Assembly: GCA_035449085.1 (NCBI GenBank)
Contig: DAOTKE010000002.1
Location: forward strand, 1-57,125
Source of the DNA: Kiritimatiellia bacterium
Lineage (GTDB): Bacteria > Verrucomicrobiota > Kiritimatiellia > RFP12 > UBA1067
Direction of reading: 5' to 3'
DNA length: 57,125 bases
Position 1 is the first letter of the stretch; every line of letters begins with the position of its first letter. Under the pieces are notes generated by a model. That model made no database searches. It saw only the letters and a program-made list of their open reading frames with translations, and was not told the DNA's origin. Shown one piece after another: positions 1 to 10,179 of this stretch. The position numbers were made by a program, and so were the translations under genes.

Positions 1-35
1 AGCAAATACGCATGGGTAAGGGCTGATTGCGCGGC

Positions 36-485
36 CTATGGGATGCTAGTGTCTTGATCCAGATAAGGGTTGAGGGCCTCAGCGTCAACCTCGTCGGGAT
101 CTTGTCCTTCCGTACAGGCGTAACCCTTGATGAGGCGACCGTCTTCCGCCACGAACAAGGCGAGATGAACCGGCGTGGTGTCAGAGCCGGAAGAGCGGCA
201 CACGCCCCGGAGCATGTCGGCCAGGCGGCTGTCTTCCTCGGACGATCCATGTTCCGCGAGCCGCTTGGCCAGCAGACTCAGCCGCCTGAGTTCGGCATGC
301 ACAAGCCGTTTGATGTCGTCCCCGACCATCTGCATGCTCTCTTCGGTCTGGCGGATCATTTGAACCACAATGTACCGGCCGCCGACATAGACAGAGAAAA
401 GCAGGACCAGCAACATCAGCCCCGTCATCAAGCTGAAGCGTGACCGGACACTGTTTAAAACAGAGGTTTCTTGGGAGGAACGCAT
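36..485 (-). CDS. hypothetical membrane-anchored protein
   Basis: ORF 36..518 opens with TTG. An ATG at 485 (MRSSQETS...) is followed by the hydrophobic helix LMTGLMLLVLLFSVYV. No catalytic motif recognised. Confidence 0.45.
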   Translation of the reverse strand: MRSSQETSVLNSVRSRFSLMTGLMLLVLLFSVYVGGRYIVVQMIRQTEESMQMVGDDIKRLVHAELRRLSLLAKRLAEHGSSEEDSRLADMLRGVCRSSGSDTTPVHLALFVAEDGRLIKGYACTEGQDPDEVDAEALNPYLDQDTSIP

Positions 486-540
486 GGGAAAAGAACGAGA
501 GAGGGGCCTAGGATTCAACGAAAAACCTCACGAATGCATT

Positions 541-2091
541 TCAGTACGCAGGTTGCACAGGAGCAGGGGTTTCCATCGAGGAGGAGTTCAATGCGGCCGG
601 CATCGCGAATAAACCGATTTCACTGATGCAGGGACAGGCTGCGGCCTGGATGATACGCAAACGTACGCGGTCGCTCTTGACTTTGGGGCCCCAGAAGAGT
701 CGGCACGCGCCGATACTTTGACCCTTGGCGTACTCGCGCCAAGCGCCCTCCTGCCAAGTGTCGACCGCAAAGGCGTCCACGCGGTGGCCGAGCTTGATGT
801 TTTCGCGCAGGCGGATCACATTGAATTCGGAGACGGCCGGCAGCGTGAGTGTCAGGATGGCGTTGGTCACGCCGTCGTCTGTCGACCAGAAACTGTACCG
901 GTCTCCGTCAAGCACGCGCGACGGCGCATAGGTCGCGGGATCGCCCTGGTCCACTGCCAGTGCGGCACGCACGTGGTCGGCGGTGGCCACCGCGCCGCGC
1001 GCGAGGTCGTTCGCGAAGAGCGTGCGCAACAGGCCGCCGAACGCGTCCAGCGAACGGATGTCGGCTTCACACACCAGACCGTCGCGGTTGGGCGCCACGC
1101 CGAGGTTCATGCAGCCGCCCTTGCCGACGCTGTTGAAGTAGATCGCCATGAGCTGGGCCGGACTGCGCACGGTGGCGTCTTCGTTCGGGTGCCAGAACCA
1201 TCCCTTGCGCAGCGGCACGTCGCACTCCGCCGGGATCCAAGCGATCCCGTCGCGATGGCCGGCCGGCCCTTCAATGTGATTCATGGAGTCACCGTTGGCC
1301 GGCCGTGCCGGATCGGTCTGGCCCTTGGGCGTGAAGGTGGCCCAGCACTCCTCGGCGGCGAAACCCTTCTCGTTCCCGACCCAGCGGCAGTCCGGCCCGA
1401 CGTCTCCGAAGATACAGGCCGAGGGCTGAAGCTGGCGCACAAGCCCCCAGGTGGCTGGCCAGTCGTAGTAAGTGAAGCGGTCGATGTTGCGTTTTTCGCG
1501 GGCGCCGCCGTAGTAGCCGTCGCCGCCGTTGGCACCGTCGAACCAGACCTCGAACAGGGTGCCGTAGCGGGTGAGCAGCTCACGGAGCTGGCCGTGATAG
1601 ATCGGCAGGTAGGCCGGTGTACCGTAGGCCGCGCTGTTGCGGTCCCAAGGCGAACAGTAGATGCCGAAGCGAAGGCCGTGCTTCTTGGCGGCATCGGCAT
1701 ACTCGCGCACAAGATCACCTTTGCCGCCGCGCCAGGGTGACCGCGAGATGTTGTGTTCGGTGGTCTGGGTAGGCCAGAGACAAAAGCCGTCGTGGTGCTT
1801 GGCCACCAGGATCACGCCGTTCATACCGCCGCGCTTGAGCGCTGCCATGACCTGTCCAGCATCGAAATGCGCCGGATTGAAGAGCGCGGGATCTTCCCCG
1901 CCGTAGCCCCACTCGCGGTCGGTGTAGGTGTTTAGGCCGTAGTGAACCAGTGCAAAGATTTCGGTCTCGTGCCAACGCAACTGGCGCTCGGACGGCACGG
2001 GGCCGTAGGGCGCAGGCGCATGGGTCTGCGCGGTCACGGGGGCGACGAGACAGGCCAGAAGCAGAGAGAGCGTCAGAAATCGGCTTTTCAC
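541..2091 (-). CDS. alpha-L-fucosidase (GH29) with C-terminal F5/8 type C (discoidin)-like domain
   Basis: Signal peptide MKSRFLTLSLLLACLVAPVTAQT. GH29-type motifs HYGLNTYTDREWGYG, VAKHHDGFCLWPT and FEVWFDGANG. GTG start with AGGAG about 8 nt upstream. Confidence 0.9.
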   Translation of the reverse strand: MKSRFLTLSLLLACLVAPVTAQTHAPAPYGPVPSERQLRWHETEIFALVHYGLNTYTDREWGYGGEDPALFNPAHFDAGQVMAALKRGGMNGVILVAKHHDGFCLWPTQTTEHNISRSPWRGGKGDLVREYADAAKKHGLRFGIYCSPWDRNSAAYGTPAYLPIYHGQLRELLTRYGTLFEVWFDGANGGDGYYGGAREKRNIDRFTYYDWPATWGLVRQLQPSACIFGDVGPDCRWVGNEKGFAAEECWATFTPKGQTDPARPANGDSMNHIEGPAGHRDGIAWIPAECDVPLRKGWFWHPNEDATVRSPAQLMAIYFNSVGKGGCMNLGVAPNRDGLVCEADIRSLDAFGGLLRTLFANDLARGAVATADHVRAALAVDQGDPATYAPSRVLDGDRYSFWSTDDGVTNAILTLTLPAVSEFNVIRLRENIKLGHRVDAFAVDTWQEGAWREYAKGQSIGACRLFWGPKVKSDRVRLRIIQAAACPCISEIGLFAMPAALNSSSMETPAPVQPAY

Positions 2092-2118
2092 ATCATGGTC
2101 TCCTCGTGTTCAGACAGG

Positions 2119-2832
2119 CTACCGTAGCGTGACCGGCGTGGCGTCTTTCTCCCACCACGGTTGCGAGAGGAAGACGGTATCAAGGTCAGCGGCGAGGTTG
2201 ATGACCGAACGTTGCGTCAGGTCGTCCTTGGAGCCGGGGTAGGCGTGCCAGTAGCAGCGCACGACCGGGAATCGGTTGCTGGGGTAAGCGGAGGGTGCGT
2301 TGGTCTGCGTGACATCGCCGTGAGCGAGCTGCCAGAGCTTGGCCTCCTGCCAGGAGACCTCGCCATTCTTGTCCGTGTCGAGCGCTGCCACCGTCGGCTT
2401 GCCGGCGAGATAGGACTTCCAGTCCCACATGGCGACTGCGCCGCTGAGTTCGTAGAGGAAACTGCTGTTGGCCTCATCGGTCTCGGCAGACTGCTGCCAA
2501 GTGTCGTAACGGTCGGGCACGCCACCTTCGCGGCCGCCGCTAGGGTCGGCAGCGGAGATGAGCGCGCCGACGGGGAGCAACCCTTCGACGATGAGCGAGG
2601 AGAGGCTGGTGGGCCAACGGCCGTCGTGCTTCGCCCGGTACGCCCGGATCGCGGTGCCGATGGTTTTGAGTTCGGCGGAGACAATGGCCATGCGTTCGAC
2701 AGGCGCGAGCACAGCGCAGGCTTCTGGCGTCACGGCCGGCGCGACCGGCGCGGAGGCGACGTCAACATCGCGCACCGAGCGGCATCCCACCCATGCAGCG
2801 AACGCGACGAACAGTGCGAGCGGCAGCTTCAT
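2119..2832 (-). CDS. hypothetical lipoprotein with EF-hand-like Ca-binding loop
   Basis: Signal peptide plus lipobox-like AAWVGC. Canonical EF-hand loop DTDKNGEVSWQE. No other recognisable domain. Confidence 0.6.
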   Translation of the reverse strand: MKLPLALFVAFAAWVGCRSVRDVDVASAPVAPAVTPEACAVLAPVERMAIVSAELKTIGTAIRAYRAKHDGRWPTSLSSLIVEGLLPVGALISAADPSGGREGGVPDRYDTWQQSAETDEANSSFLYELSGAVAMWDWKSYLAGKPTVAALDTDKNGEVSWQEAKLWQLAHGDVTQTNAPSAYPSNRFPVVRCYWHAYPGSKDDLTQRSVINLAADLDTVFLSQPWWEKDATPVTLR

Positions 2833-2923
2833 GGTTCCGATCCTCCTTTGGCGTTCCTAACAGCGGGCACACCCCCCCTGAACTAACACACTTCTGCCCC
2901 CCCAATACCCATGCACTCACGCA

Positions 2924-4117
2924 CTAATGCACGAATGAACTCACAAAAGTCCTCATGCGATCCATCGCCTCCTTGAGCGGCTCCATACCCGTGGCGTAGG
3001 CGCAGCGCAGGAAACCCTCGCCGCAAGCGCCGAAAGCATCTCCCGGTACACACGCGACGTTATACTCGTTGAGCAGGCGCAGGGCGAACTCCTTGGAGGA
3101 GAGCCCGGTGCATTGGATCGACGGGAACACATAGAACGCACCACGCGGCATGAAACAGTCTAGCCCCATCCCGTTGAGCGAGGCAACAACGAAGTTGCGC
3201 CGCAGGTGGTAGGAGTCGCGCATTTCTGCGATCGCCTTGTCGCCATGACGTACCGCCTCGAGGCCAGCGGTCTGGCTGATCGACGAAGCGCACATCATGC
3301 CGAACTGGTGGATCTTCATCATGGCGTCGGTCAACGGTGCCGGGGCGCAGGCATAACCCAAACGGAAACCGGTCATCGACCACGCCTTGGAAAAGCCGTT
3401 GAGAAAGATCAGGCGGTCACGCAGGCGCGGGATGGCCGCCATGGAATGGCGCCCACCCTCGTAGGTCAGTTCCGAATAGACTTCGTCAGAGATCACCAGC
3501 AAGTTGTGGCGGATCGCGAAATCGGCCAGCGCCTCGGTGTCCGCGCGGTCAAGCGTGGCACCGGTGGGATTGTTCGGGAAATTGAGCAGCAGCACACGGG
3601 TGCGCGGCGTGACCTTTTTCTCCAGTTCCGCGACCGTCAGGCGGAAGTTGTCCTTGCGGAACGTCTCGACCGGCACCGGCACCCCATGGGCCATACGGAT
3701 CAGCGGGGCGTACGCCACGAAGCAGGGCTCGTGGTAGAGCACCTCGTCGCCCGGCGAGAGGACGGCGCGGATCGCGAGGTCGAACGCCTCGCTGACGCCG
3801 ACAGTCACGAGGATCTCGTGCTGCCAGTCATAGTCGCACTGGAACGACTGGCGCATGTACGCGGCCAGCGTCTGACGCAGTTCGGGGGTTCCGAGATTCG
3901 AGGTGTAACGCGTGGCGCCACGCTCAAGCGCCTCGATCGCCCGTTCGCGGATGTGCCACGGCGTCTGGAAGTCCGGTTCGCCGATACCCAGCGAGATCAC
4001 GTCTTTGCGGCCGGCGACGATATCAAAGAAATCGCGGATGCCGGATTTGGGCAGGCTCCGCACGTGCGGAGCCACAAAATCAGGGGCAGACTTGGAGTCG
4101 GTCGTCATGGGGTTCAC
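2924..4117 (-). CDS. PLP-dependent aminotransferase, class I/II (AspC/PatA-like)
   Basis: Full-length 397-aa ORF. Motifs ISLGIGEPDF and NPTGA, and PLP-lysine context SKAWSMTGFRLGY. Start ambiguous (GTG 4117 or ATG 4108). Overlaps the upstream Lrp gene end. Confidence 0.88.
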   Translation of the reverse strand: MNPMTTDSKSAPDFVAPHVRSLPKSGIRDFFDIVAGRKDVISLGIGEPDFQTPWHIRERAIEALERGATRYTSNLGTPELRQTLAAYMRQSFQCDYDWQHEILVTVGVSEAFDLAIRAVLSPGDEVLYHEPCFVAYAPLIRMAHGVPVPVETFRKDNFRLTVAELEKKVTPRTRVLLLNFPNNPTGATLDRADTEALADFAIRHNLLVISDEVYSELTYEGGRHSMAAIPRLRDRLIFLNGFSKAWSMTGFRLGYACAPAPLTDAMMKIHQFGMMCASSISQTAGLEAVRHGDKAIAEMRDSYHLRRNFVVASLNGMGLDCFMPRGAFYVFPSIQCTGLSSKEFALRLLNEYNVACVPGDAFGACGEGFLRCAYATGMEPLKEAMDRMRTFVSSFVH

Positions 4118-4565
4118 TTTCCATCAGGACGCCTTGGTCCTTATAGGTTTTCAGCATGAAATGGGTAGCCGTCGAGAGCACCCCGTCAAGCGGAGCGAGC
4201 CGGGCACTGACAAAATTCGCGACTTCCTGCAGGCTCGCACCCTTGACGAAGAGCAGCAGGTCATACGCGCCGGACATCAGGTACATCGACTCGACCTGGG
4301 GAAACTTGCTGATACGCGCCGCCACACGGTCAAAGCCGCCTTCGTGTTCCGGACGGATGCGCAACTCGATGACCGCGCGCACGTCATGGGTGTCGAGACG
4401 GTCGGTGTTGAGCAATGCCTGGAAACCACGAATCACGCCCTCCTGTTCATAGGCGGCAATACGCGCGCGCACTTCCTGCTCGCTGATACCGAGCAGCTTG
4501 GCGAGTGTCGCGTCTGATTCGCGGGCGTTTTTTTTCAATAGCTCTAGCAGGGCATCCATGGCCAT
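4080..4565 (-). CDS. Lrp/AsnC family transcriptional regulator
   Basis: 161 aa. N-terminal HTH (LLELLKKNARESDATLAKLLGISEQEVRARI) and C-terminal RAM-like domain. ATG preceded by AGGAAGG. Confidence 0.88.
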   Translation of the reverse strand: MAMDALLELLKKNARESDATLAKLLGISEQEVRARIAAYEQEGVIRGFQALLNTDRLDTHDVRAVIELRIRPEHEGGFDRVAARISKFPQVESMYLMSGAYDLLLFVKGASLQEVANFVSARLAPLDGVLSTATHFMLKTYKDQGVLMESEPHDDRLQVCP

Positions 4566-4626
4566 TCACCTTCCTGTTTGATAATAGTCCTCAGTGTAGC
4601 GTAAACAGGGTGCTTAGGCAAAACTA

Positions 4627-5115
4627 TTAGAGCACTTCGACCTGATCGATTTCAGCGGTCACCGAAATCGCTTGCCCGATCATTTCAACGTTCAATACAA
4701 CTTTCAGTGTACCGGCCAGCCGTGCGACACGCCCCTCCACCCCCTGGAACGGACCGTCGATGATGCGCACCAGACGTCCCGCAGTCAGCGGCTTAGCCGA
4801 CTCGAGCGCCGGATTGACGCGTAGCGCACGCCGGACCATCACCAGATCGCGCAGCATCCGGCGCGGGGACTCCGGCGCCAGGATACGCACGAGCAGGTTG
4901 GTCTGGAGCAACGCGAGACGCTGGCCGGATATGACACGGGCGAAGACGTAACCCGGGAATACCGGCAGACGGACAGTGATTTTGCGGCGTTGCGCGACGC
5001 GCGTTTTTTCGCGTAACGGCAGATAATACGAGATCCCGTAGAGTTGGCAGTATTCGGCGATCTTCTTCTCTGTCCGGGGTTTTACGAAAAGAACCTTCCA
5101 GTGTTGCATACACAT
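4627..5115 (-). CDS. NusG-family transcription antitermination paralog (UpxY/RfaH-like)
   Basis: NGN-like N-terminus WKVLFVKPRTEKKIAEY...LPVFPGYVFARV. KOW-like segment GRLVRIIDGPFQGVEGRVARL. Confidence 0.75.
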   Translation of the reverse strand: MCMQHWKVLFVKPRTEKKIAEYCQLYGISYYLPLREKTRVAQRRKITVRLPVFPGYVFARVISGQRLALLQTNLLVRILAPESPRRMLRDLVMVRRALRVNPALESAKPLTAGRLVRIIDGPFQGVEGRVARLAGTLKVVLNVEMIGQAISVTAEIDQVEVL

Positions 5116-5292
5116 CCCATCATAGGCTGAAAGAGCGGGGTGGGCAATAGGGGAATCGCGAATCCGGACTTGTATTCCTGCTTGGGATCGGGTTTAATTC
5201 CTCAATCTTCGATTCTTATCAGGTGTCAAGTCAACGCAACACGTTCAACGCCGGCCGATGGACGCTGGGGCGGAAGGTGAGGAGTGGAACCG

Positions 5293-7662
5293 ATGCGAAT
5301 GTCTATTCGTGCGTGGGCGGTGGCCGTCGTATTCACGGCTGCTTGTGTGATGGGTGCCGATACCCTGGTGAAAGATGTGTCGGTCCGCGTGCTGGACCAG
5401 TTCGGAACCGACGCGACGGACGTTTTGTCTTTCTGTAGTACGCAACCTGGCACTGATCTGTCACAAGAGGCGCTCAACAAGGATGTGCGCGCGTTGCTGG
5501 ACACCGGCCGCTACGCATATGCCGGCGTAGAAGTGGAGAAGGTTGAAGGTGGCGTGCGTGTGGTCTATGTGGTGAAGCGCCGCTATCGCTTCCAGGAGCC
5601 GCTGGCCATCAAGGGCGCCGAGTATCTGAGCGAGCGTAAGATCCGCAAGCTCTCTGAACTGAAGAGCGGAGATTACATTGATGAGCCGATCCTCTCCTCC
5701 AAAGCCTCAAAGATCCGCGACGAGTATGTGAAGAAGTTTTTCCCCAACGTCAAGATCGGCGCCGAAATCCAGCCGATCCCGAATAGCGCTGGCGCCGCGA
5801 ATGTGGTCTTCACCATTGAGGAGGGCGAGCGCGCCAAGGTCCGCAAATACCGTTTCGCCGGCAACGTCTCGATCCCTGACAAGGAACTGCGATCCTCTTT
5901 TGGTCAGCGCCCGTGGTACGATCCGCGCGGCTGGTTCTCTGACACCCCCGTCTCGGCGCAGGATCTCGAGGACGCGCGCCAGATGGCCGAGGACGTCTAC
6001 AAGAACGCCGGCTACCTGGACGCGCGCGTGTCCGCGCCGGTCATGGAAAAGGTCGGCAAAGAGAAGGTGGATGTGGTGTTCACGGTCACCGAGGGCGATC
6101 AGTATACGGTTGAGTCAACGGCGATTCGTGGCGTGAAACTCTTCCCCGAGCGCGAGGTGCTGGCGGCGGGCGAACGGCTCAAGGTGGATGCCGTGGCCGG
6201 CCAGCAGACGATCGACGACGCGGCCAAGGACATCCGCGACTACTACGGCTCGCGCGGTTACGTGGACACCGCCGTGCGCGCGATCAAAGAGACCGTGCCG
6301 GGCAAACCGGGACGCATGGCGGTCACCTATGAGGTGCGCGAGGGCGAGCTGGTTTACATCCGCAACATTGTGATCCGCGGCAACAACAAGACCAAGGACA
6401 AGGTGATCCGCCGCGAGATCATGGTCAATCCCGGCGAGATCATGAATGAGCCGCGCATCGATCGCAGTGAGAATCGCCTGAAGAACCTGCAATACTTCAA
6501 AACTGTGCGCCACTACTCCGAGCAGACCGACAAGCCCGGCGTGCGCGATCTGGTATACGAGGTCGAAGAGCAGCGCACCGGCAACTTCATGATCGGCGCG
6601 GGTGTGTCCAGTATCGATAACGTGGTCGGCTTCCTGGAAATCACCCAGAGCAACTTCGACATCCTGAACTGGCCGAACTTCACGGGTGGCGGGCAGAAGG
6701 CGCGTTTGGGCGTGGAACTCGGCTCGCGCCGTCAGACGGCCGAGGTTTCCTGGACCGAACCCTGGTTCTTGGATCGTCCGCTGGCGCTGACCGTCGAGGC
6801 CTATCGCCGCATGCGCTGGTACGATGAGTACGACGAGATCCGCACCGGCGGCTCGGTCGGGATCTCCTATCCCGTCAAGGTCGGCCGCGTCGGCATGCGC
6901 TATACGCTCGAATTGGTTGAGATGGACGACGTCGACAACAGCGAATGGTACGCTGACGCCGACGGCATGGATTCCGCCGTGCCCGACAGTTGGGATGGTG
7001 ACACCGACAAATATTTCAAGTGGCAGGAGAAGGAGTACGGTGACGCACTCAACAGCGTGCTGCGCCTCTACTGGGCGCACGACACGCGTGACCACGCCTT
7101 CATTCCGACCAAGGGTTACCAGACGACGGTCTTTGGCGAGGCCTCTGAGAGCGGCATCGGTGAGACCGAGTACTACAAGTTGGGAGCCAGCCACCGCCAC
7201 TGGTTCCGCATGCCGTGGTATAAGCACGTGCTGAGCCTGCGCGGCCGCGTTGAGACTGTGGATTCGTATGGCGACGACGAGGTGCCGATCTACGAGCGCC
7301 TCTTCCTGGGCGGCCCGCGCACCGTGCGTGGCGTCGAGTACCGTGACATCGGCCCTAAAGTGTTCCGCGGCAACGACAGCAAGGGCCATGCCCCGATTGG
7401 CGGCGAGACGCTGGCGCTGGTGTCGGCCGAGTACACGATCCCGGTCTTCAAGGCGGTACGTTTCGCGACCTTCGTTGACGTGGGCTCGATCGGCGCGGAC
7501 GCCTTTGACCCTGAGCTTTCCGACGTGTGCGTGACGGCCGGCGTGGGCCTGCGCATCGATATCCCCGGCTTCCCGATCCGCTTCGACTTCGCCGTGCCGG
7601 TGGTCGAGGATGACGACTACACGGACGACGAGGTCTTCTCGTTTGCGATCGGTTTTGAATAA
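5293..7662 (+). CDS. bamA: outer membrane protein assembly factor BamA (Omp85 family)
   Basis: About 790 aa. Signal peptide, repeated POTRA-like units, C-terminal beta-barrel ending FSFAIGFE. Followed by skp and lpxD as in the canonical cluster. ATG 5293 has GAGGAG upstream (the ORF opens with GTG at 5284). Confidence 0.9.
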   Translation: MRMSIRAWAVAVVFTAACVMGADTLVKDVSVRVLDQFGTDATDVLSFCSTQPGTDLSQEALNKDVRALLDTGRYAYAGVEVEKVEGGVRVVYVVKRRYRFQEPLAIKGAEYLSERKIRKLSELKSGDYIDEPILSSKASKIRDEYVKKFFPNVKIGAEIQPIPNSAGAANVVFTIEEGERAKVRKYRFAGNVSIPDKELRSSFGQRPWYDPRGWFSDTPVSAQDLEDARQMAEDVYKNAGYLDARVSAPVMEKVGKEKVDVVFTVTEGDQYTVESTAIRGVKLFPEREVLAAGERLKVDAVAGQQTIDDAAKDIRDYYGSRGYVDTAVRAIKETVPGKPGRMAVTYEVREGELVYIRNIVIRGNNKTKDKVIRREIMVNPGEIMNEPRIDRSENRLKNLQYFKTVRHYSEQTDKPGVRDLVYEVEEQRTGNFMIGAGVSSIDNVVGFLEITQSNFDILNWPNFTGGGQKARLGVELGSRRQTAEVSWTEPWFLDRPLALTVEAYRRMRWYDEYDEIRTGGSVGISYPVKVGRVGMRYTLELVEMDDVDNSEWYADADGMDSAVPDSWDGDTDKYFKWQEKEYGDALNSVLRLYWAHDTRDHAFIPTKGYQTTVFGEASESGIGETEYYKLGASHRHWFRMPWYKHVLSLRGRVETVDSYGDDEVPIYERLFLGGPRTVRGVEYRDIGPKVFRGNDSKGHAPIGGETLALVSAEYTIPVFKAVRFATFVDVGSIGADAFDPELSDVCVTAGVGLRIDIPGFPIRFDFAVPVVEDDDYTDDEVFSFAIGFE

Positions 7663-7725
7663 GGACCTGACACGGGCGGGCGGCTCATCCGTCCGCCCGT
7701 TTGCCCTGTGGCAAGAAGGACACGT

Positions 7726-8328
7726 ATGAAACAGATGATGGTGATGCTGGCGGCGGCTCTGGCCGCAACCGTGATGCTGGCGCAGGAAAAGACCGCAGTG
7801 GTCAACATGGTGGATCTGGTGCGCTTTCACCCGAGCCGCGAGCGCGACCGCAAGCTGATGCAGGAGACCGAAAAGGAGTTTCAGGCCAAGCTCGACAAGC
7901 AGCGCGACCGCTTTGAGGAACTGCGTGACGAATATGAAAAAGCGGTTAAAGAAGCACGTAACCCCGCCCTCAACGAGAAGGCCAAGGCCGAGGCCGAGGA
8001 CAAGGCCATGAAGCACCGCGACGTGCTGGCCGAAGCTGACCGCGACCTGCGTCAGGAAATGCAGAAACTGCAGCGCGAGCTGGGAGATCTCGATGCGCGC
8101 CTGTTGCGCCAGGTGACCGGCGACATCCGCGAGGTTCTGACCAAGTACGCGCAGGAAAACAAAATCAGCATGATCTTTGACGGCACGACCATGGCCTTTT
8201 TTGATCCCAAGCTGGACGTGACCGACGAGATCCTTAAGCGTATGGGTGTTGATCCCAAACTGCGCAAAGAGGCGCAGGAGAAGGCCGACAAAGAGAGGGC
8301 CGAGAAGGCTGCCGCCGAGAAAAAGTAA
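7726..8328 (+). CDS. skp: OmpH/Skp-family periplasmic chaperone
   Basis: Signal peptide MKQMMVMLAAALAATVMLAQ, then a long Lys/Glu-rich helical region. Sits between bamA and lpxD. Confidence 0.85.
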   Translation: MKQMMVMLAAALAATVMLAQEKTAVVNMVDLVRFHPSRERDRKLMQETEKEFQAKLDKQRDRFEELRDEYEKAVKEARNPALNEKAKAEAEDKAMKHRDVLAEADRDLRQEMQKLQRELGDLDARLLRQVTGDIREVLTKYAQENKISMIFDGTTMAFFDPKLDVTDEILKRMGVDPKLRKEAQEKADKERAEKAAAEKK

Positions 8329-8427
8329 TTTTTGGGAACAGCCGCAAAGAACACTGAGGGCACAGGGGAAACCCCATTCTTATCCGTGACCTCCGTGTTC
8401 TCTGCGTTTTAGGAAGAGGGCGATGTG

Positions 8428-9462
8428 ATGACCGTCAGGGAATTGTCTGAGCGGCTGGGGGGCGAACTGGTCGGCGACGGTGCGTTGGAAGTCTGTGCAC
8501 TGGCCAGCCTGCTGGAGGCGCGTCCCGGCGACGTGTCGTTTGTGAAAGACGCGAAATACGCCCGCCAGGCGACAGCCACCCGCGCGAGCGCCGTGCTGAT
8601 GCCACAGGACTGGCAAGGCGAATGCCCGGCACCGGCACGGATCTACGTCAAAGATCCGGACGCCGCCTGCACACAAGTGGCGCAGTGGTTCGCGCCGCCG
8701 CCCGTGGTGCGCGTTCCCGGCATCCATCCCACCGCCGTGATCGCGGAAGATGTCCGGCTGGGGCGTGACGTGTACGTCGGGCCTTGGACGGTCATCGAGG
8801 CGGGTGCCGAGATCGGCGACGGCTCAGTCATCGAGGCACAGGTTTTCATCGGGCAGCGTGTCCGGCTGGGTGAGGGTTGCCATCTTTATCCGCAGGTCAC
8901 GGTCCGTGAGGGTTGTCTGCTCGGACGGCGCGTGATCCTCCACTCGGGCGTGCGCATCGGCGGCGACGGTTACGGGTACAACCCCGTGTTCAAGCCGGAC
9001 GGCACAATCACAGTCGAGAAGATCCCCCAGCTTGGCATTGTTGAGCTGGGCGATGATGTGGAAATCGGTTGCAACACGACGATCGACCGCGCGCGCTTCG
9101 GCCGCACCCGCATCGGCAATTCCACAAAGATCGACAATCTGGTGCAGATCGGCCACAACGTTCAGATCGGGGACTTCAGCGGTGTCATCGCGCAGGCGGG
9201 CGTGGCGGGAAGTACGCGCATCGGGTCGGGCTGCCTGATCTGGGCGCAGGCCGGCATCTCCGGCCACCTCACGATCGGCGACCGCGCCCAGGTCGGGCCC
9301 AAAAGCGGCCTCTCCAAGGACGTGCCGCCCGGCGAGTATGTGCTCGGGCTGCCGGCCCTGCCCAAGCGCGAGTTCGCCAACACGCTGCTCCTGCCGCGCC
9401 TGGTCGAAAAGCTCAAGGCGCGCATTGAGGCGCTGGAGGCCCGGCTGAAGCGTGACGCCTGA
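8428..9462 (+). CDS. lpxD: UDP-3-O-acylglucosamine N-acyltransferase
   Basis: N-terminal LpxD domain, then long hexapeptide-repeat (left-handed beta-helix) region and a C-terminal helix. Synteny with bamA-skp. Confidence 0.9.
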   Translation: MTVRELSERLGGELVGDGALEVCALASLLEARPGDVSFVKDAKYARQATATRASAVLMPQDWQGECPAPARIYVKDPDAACTQVAQWFAPPPVVRVPGIHPTAVIAEDVRLGRDVYVGPWTVIEAGAEIGDGSVIEAQVFIGQRVRLGEGCHLYPQVTVREGCLLGRRVILHSGVRIGGDGYGYNPVFKPDGTITVEKIPQLGIVELGDDVEIGCNTTIDRARFGRTRIGNSTKIDNLVQIGHNVQIGDFSGVIAQAGVAGSTRIGSGCLIWAQAGISGHLTIGDRAQVGPKSGLSKDVPPGEYVLGLPALPKREFANTLLLPRLVEKLKARIEALEARLKRDA

Positions 9463-9527
9463 CTGCGGCATCGGGCCAAACGACGGGAAAACTTTCAACG
9501 CTCAAGTTGAGGACGGGGAGGGGGCGC

Positions 9528-10175
9528 GTGCATGATTCATGGATGCCGTTCATGGAAGCCGAATCACGGCAACCGTATTTCGCGGCGCTGATGCGTTTCG
9601 TGGATGACGCCTATGCCTCATGCACGGTTTACCCGCCCAAAGAGGACATCTGTAACGCCTACGCGCTGGATCCCGATGCCGTGAAAGTCGTCATCCTCGG
9701 CCAGGACCCCTACCACGGCCCGGGGCAGGCGCACGGGCTGGCCTTTTCGGTGAACGACGGAGTGCCCCTGCCGCCGAGCTTGCGCAACATCTTCCTCGAA
9801 GTTCAGCGGGACACCGGCGCGCCGATGCCTGCGACGGGCCATCTGCGGCGCTGGGCCGACCAGGGCGTGATGCTGCTGAACACCACCCTGACCGTCGAGG
9901 CCGGACGTGCGGGCAGCCACCGCGGACGGGGGTGGGAACGCTTCACCGATGCGACGATCCGGTGGTTGGCAGCCCGACGTGACTCGCTGGTCTTCATGCT
10001 GTGGGGCAACGACGCGCGCCGCAAGAAGGCCTTGATCGATGTGTCGCGGCATCTGGTTCTTGAAGCCGCGCACCCCTCGCCGCTCTCGGCGCACGCCGGT
10101 TTTTTCGGGTGCGGGCATTTTTCGCAGGCGAACGACTACCTGTTGGCGCATGGTCACAAGCCGATCATCTGGTGA
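9528..10175 (+). CDS. ung: uracil-DNA glycosylase, family 1
   Basis: Motifs GQDPYHGPGQAHGLAFSV and HPSPLSA. GTG 9528 is preceded by GGAGGGGG (the ORF track opens at TTG 9507). Confidence 0.9.
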   Translation: MHDSWMPFMEAESRQPYFAALMRFVDDAYASCTVYPPKEDICNAYALDPDAVKVVILGQDPYHGPGQAHGLAFSVNDGVPLPPSLRNIFLEVQRDTGAPMPATGHLRRWADQGVMLLNTTLTVEAGRAGSHRGRGWERFTDATIRWLAARRDSLVFMLWGNDARRKKALIDVSRHLVLEAAHPSPLSAHAGFFGCGHFSQANDYLLAHGHKPIIW

Positions 10176-10179
10176 GAGG

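Noticed and set aside
6115-8016. 633-aa ORF antisense to bamA and skp
   Set aside because: It has the Arg/Ala/Gly/His-rich composition typical of shadow ORFs in high-GC DNA. The opposite strand encodes clearly recognisable BamA and Skp.
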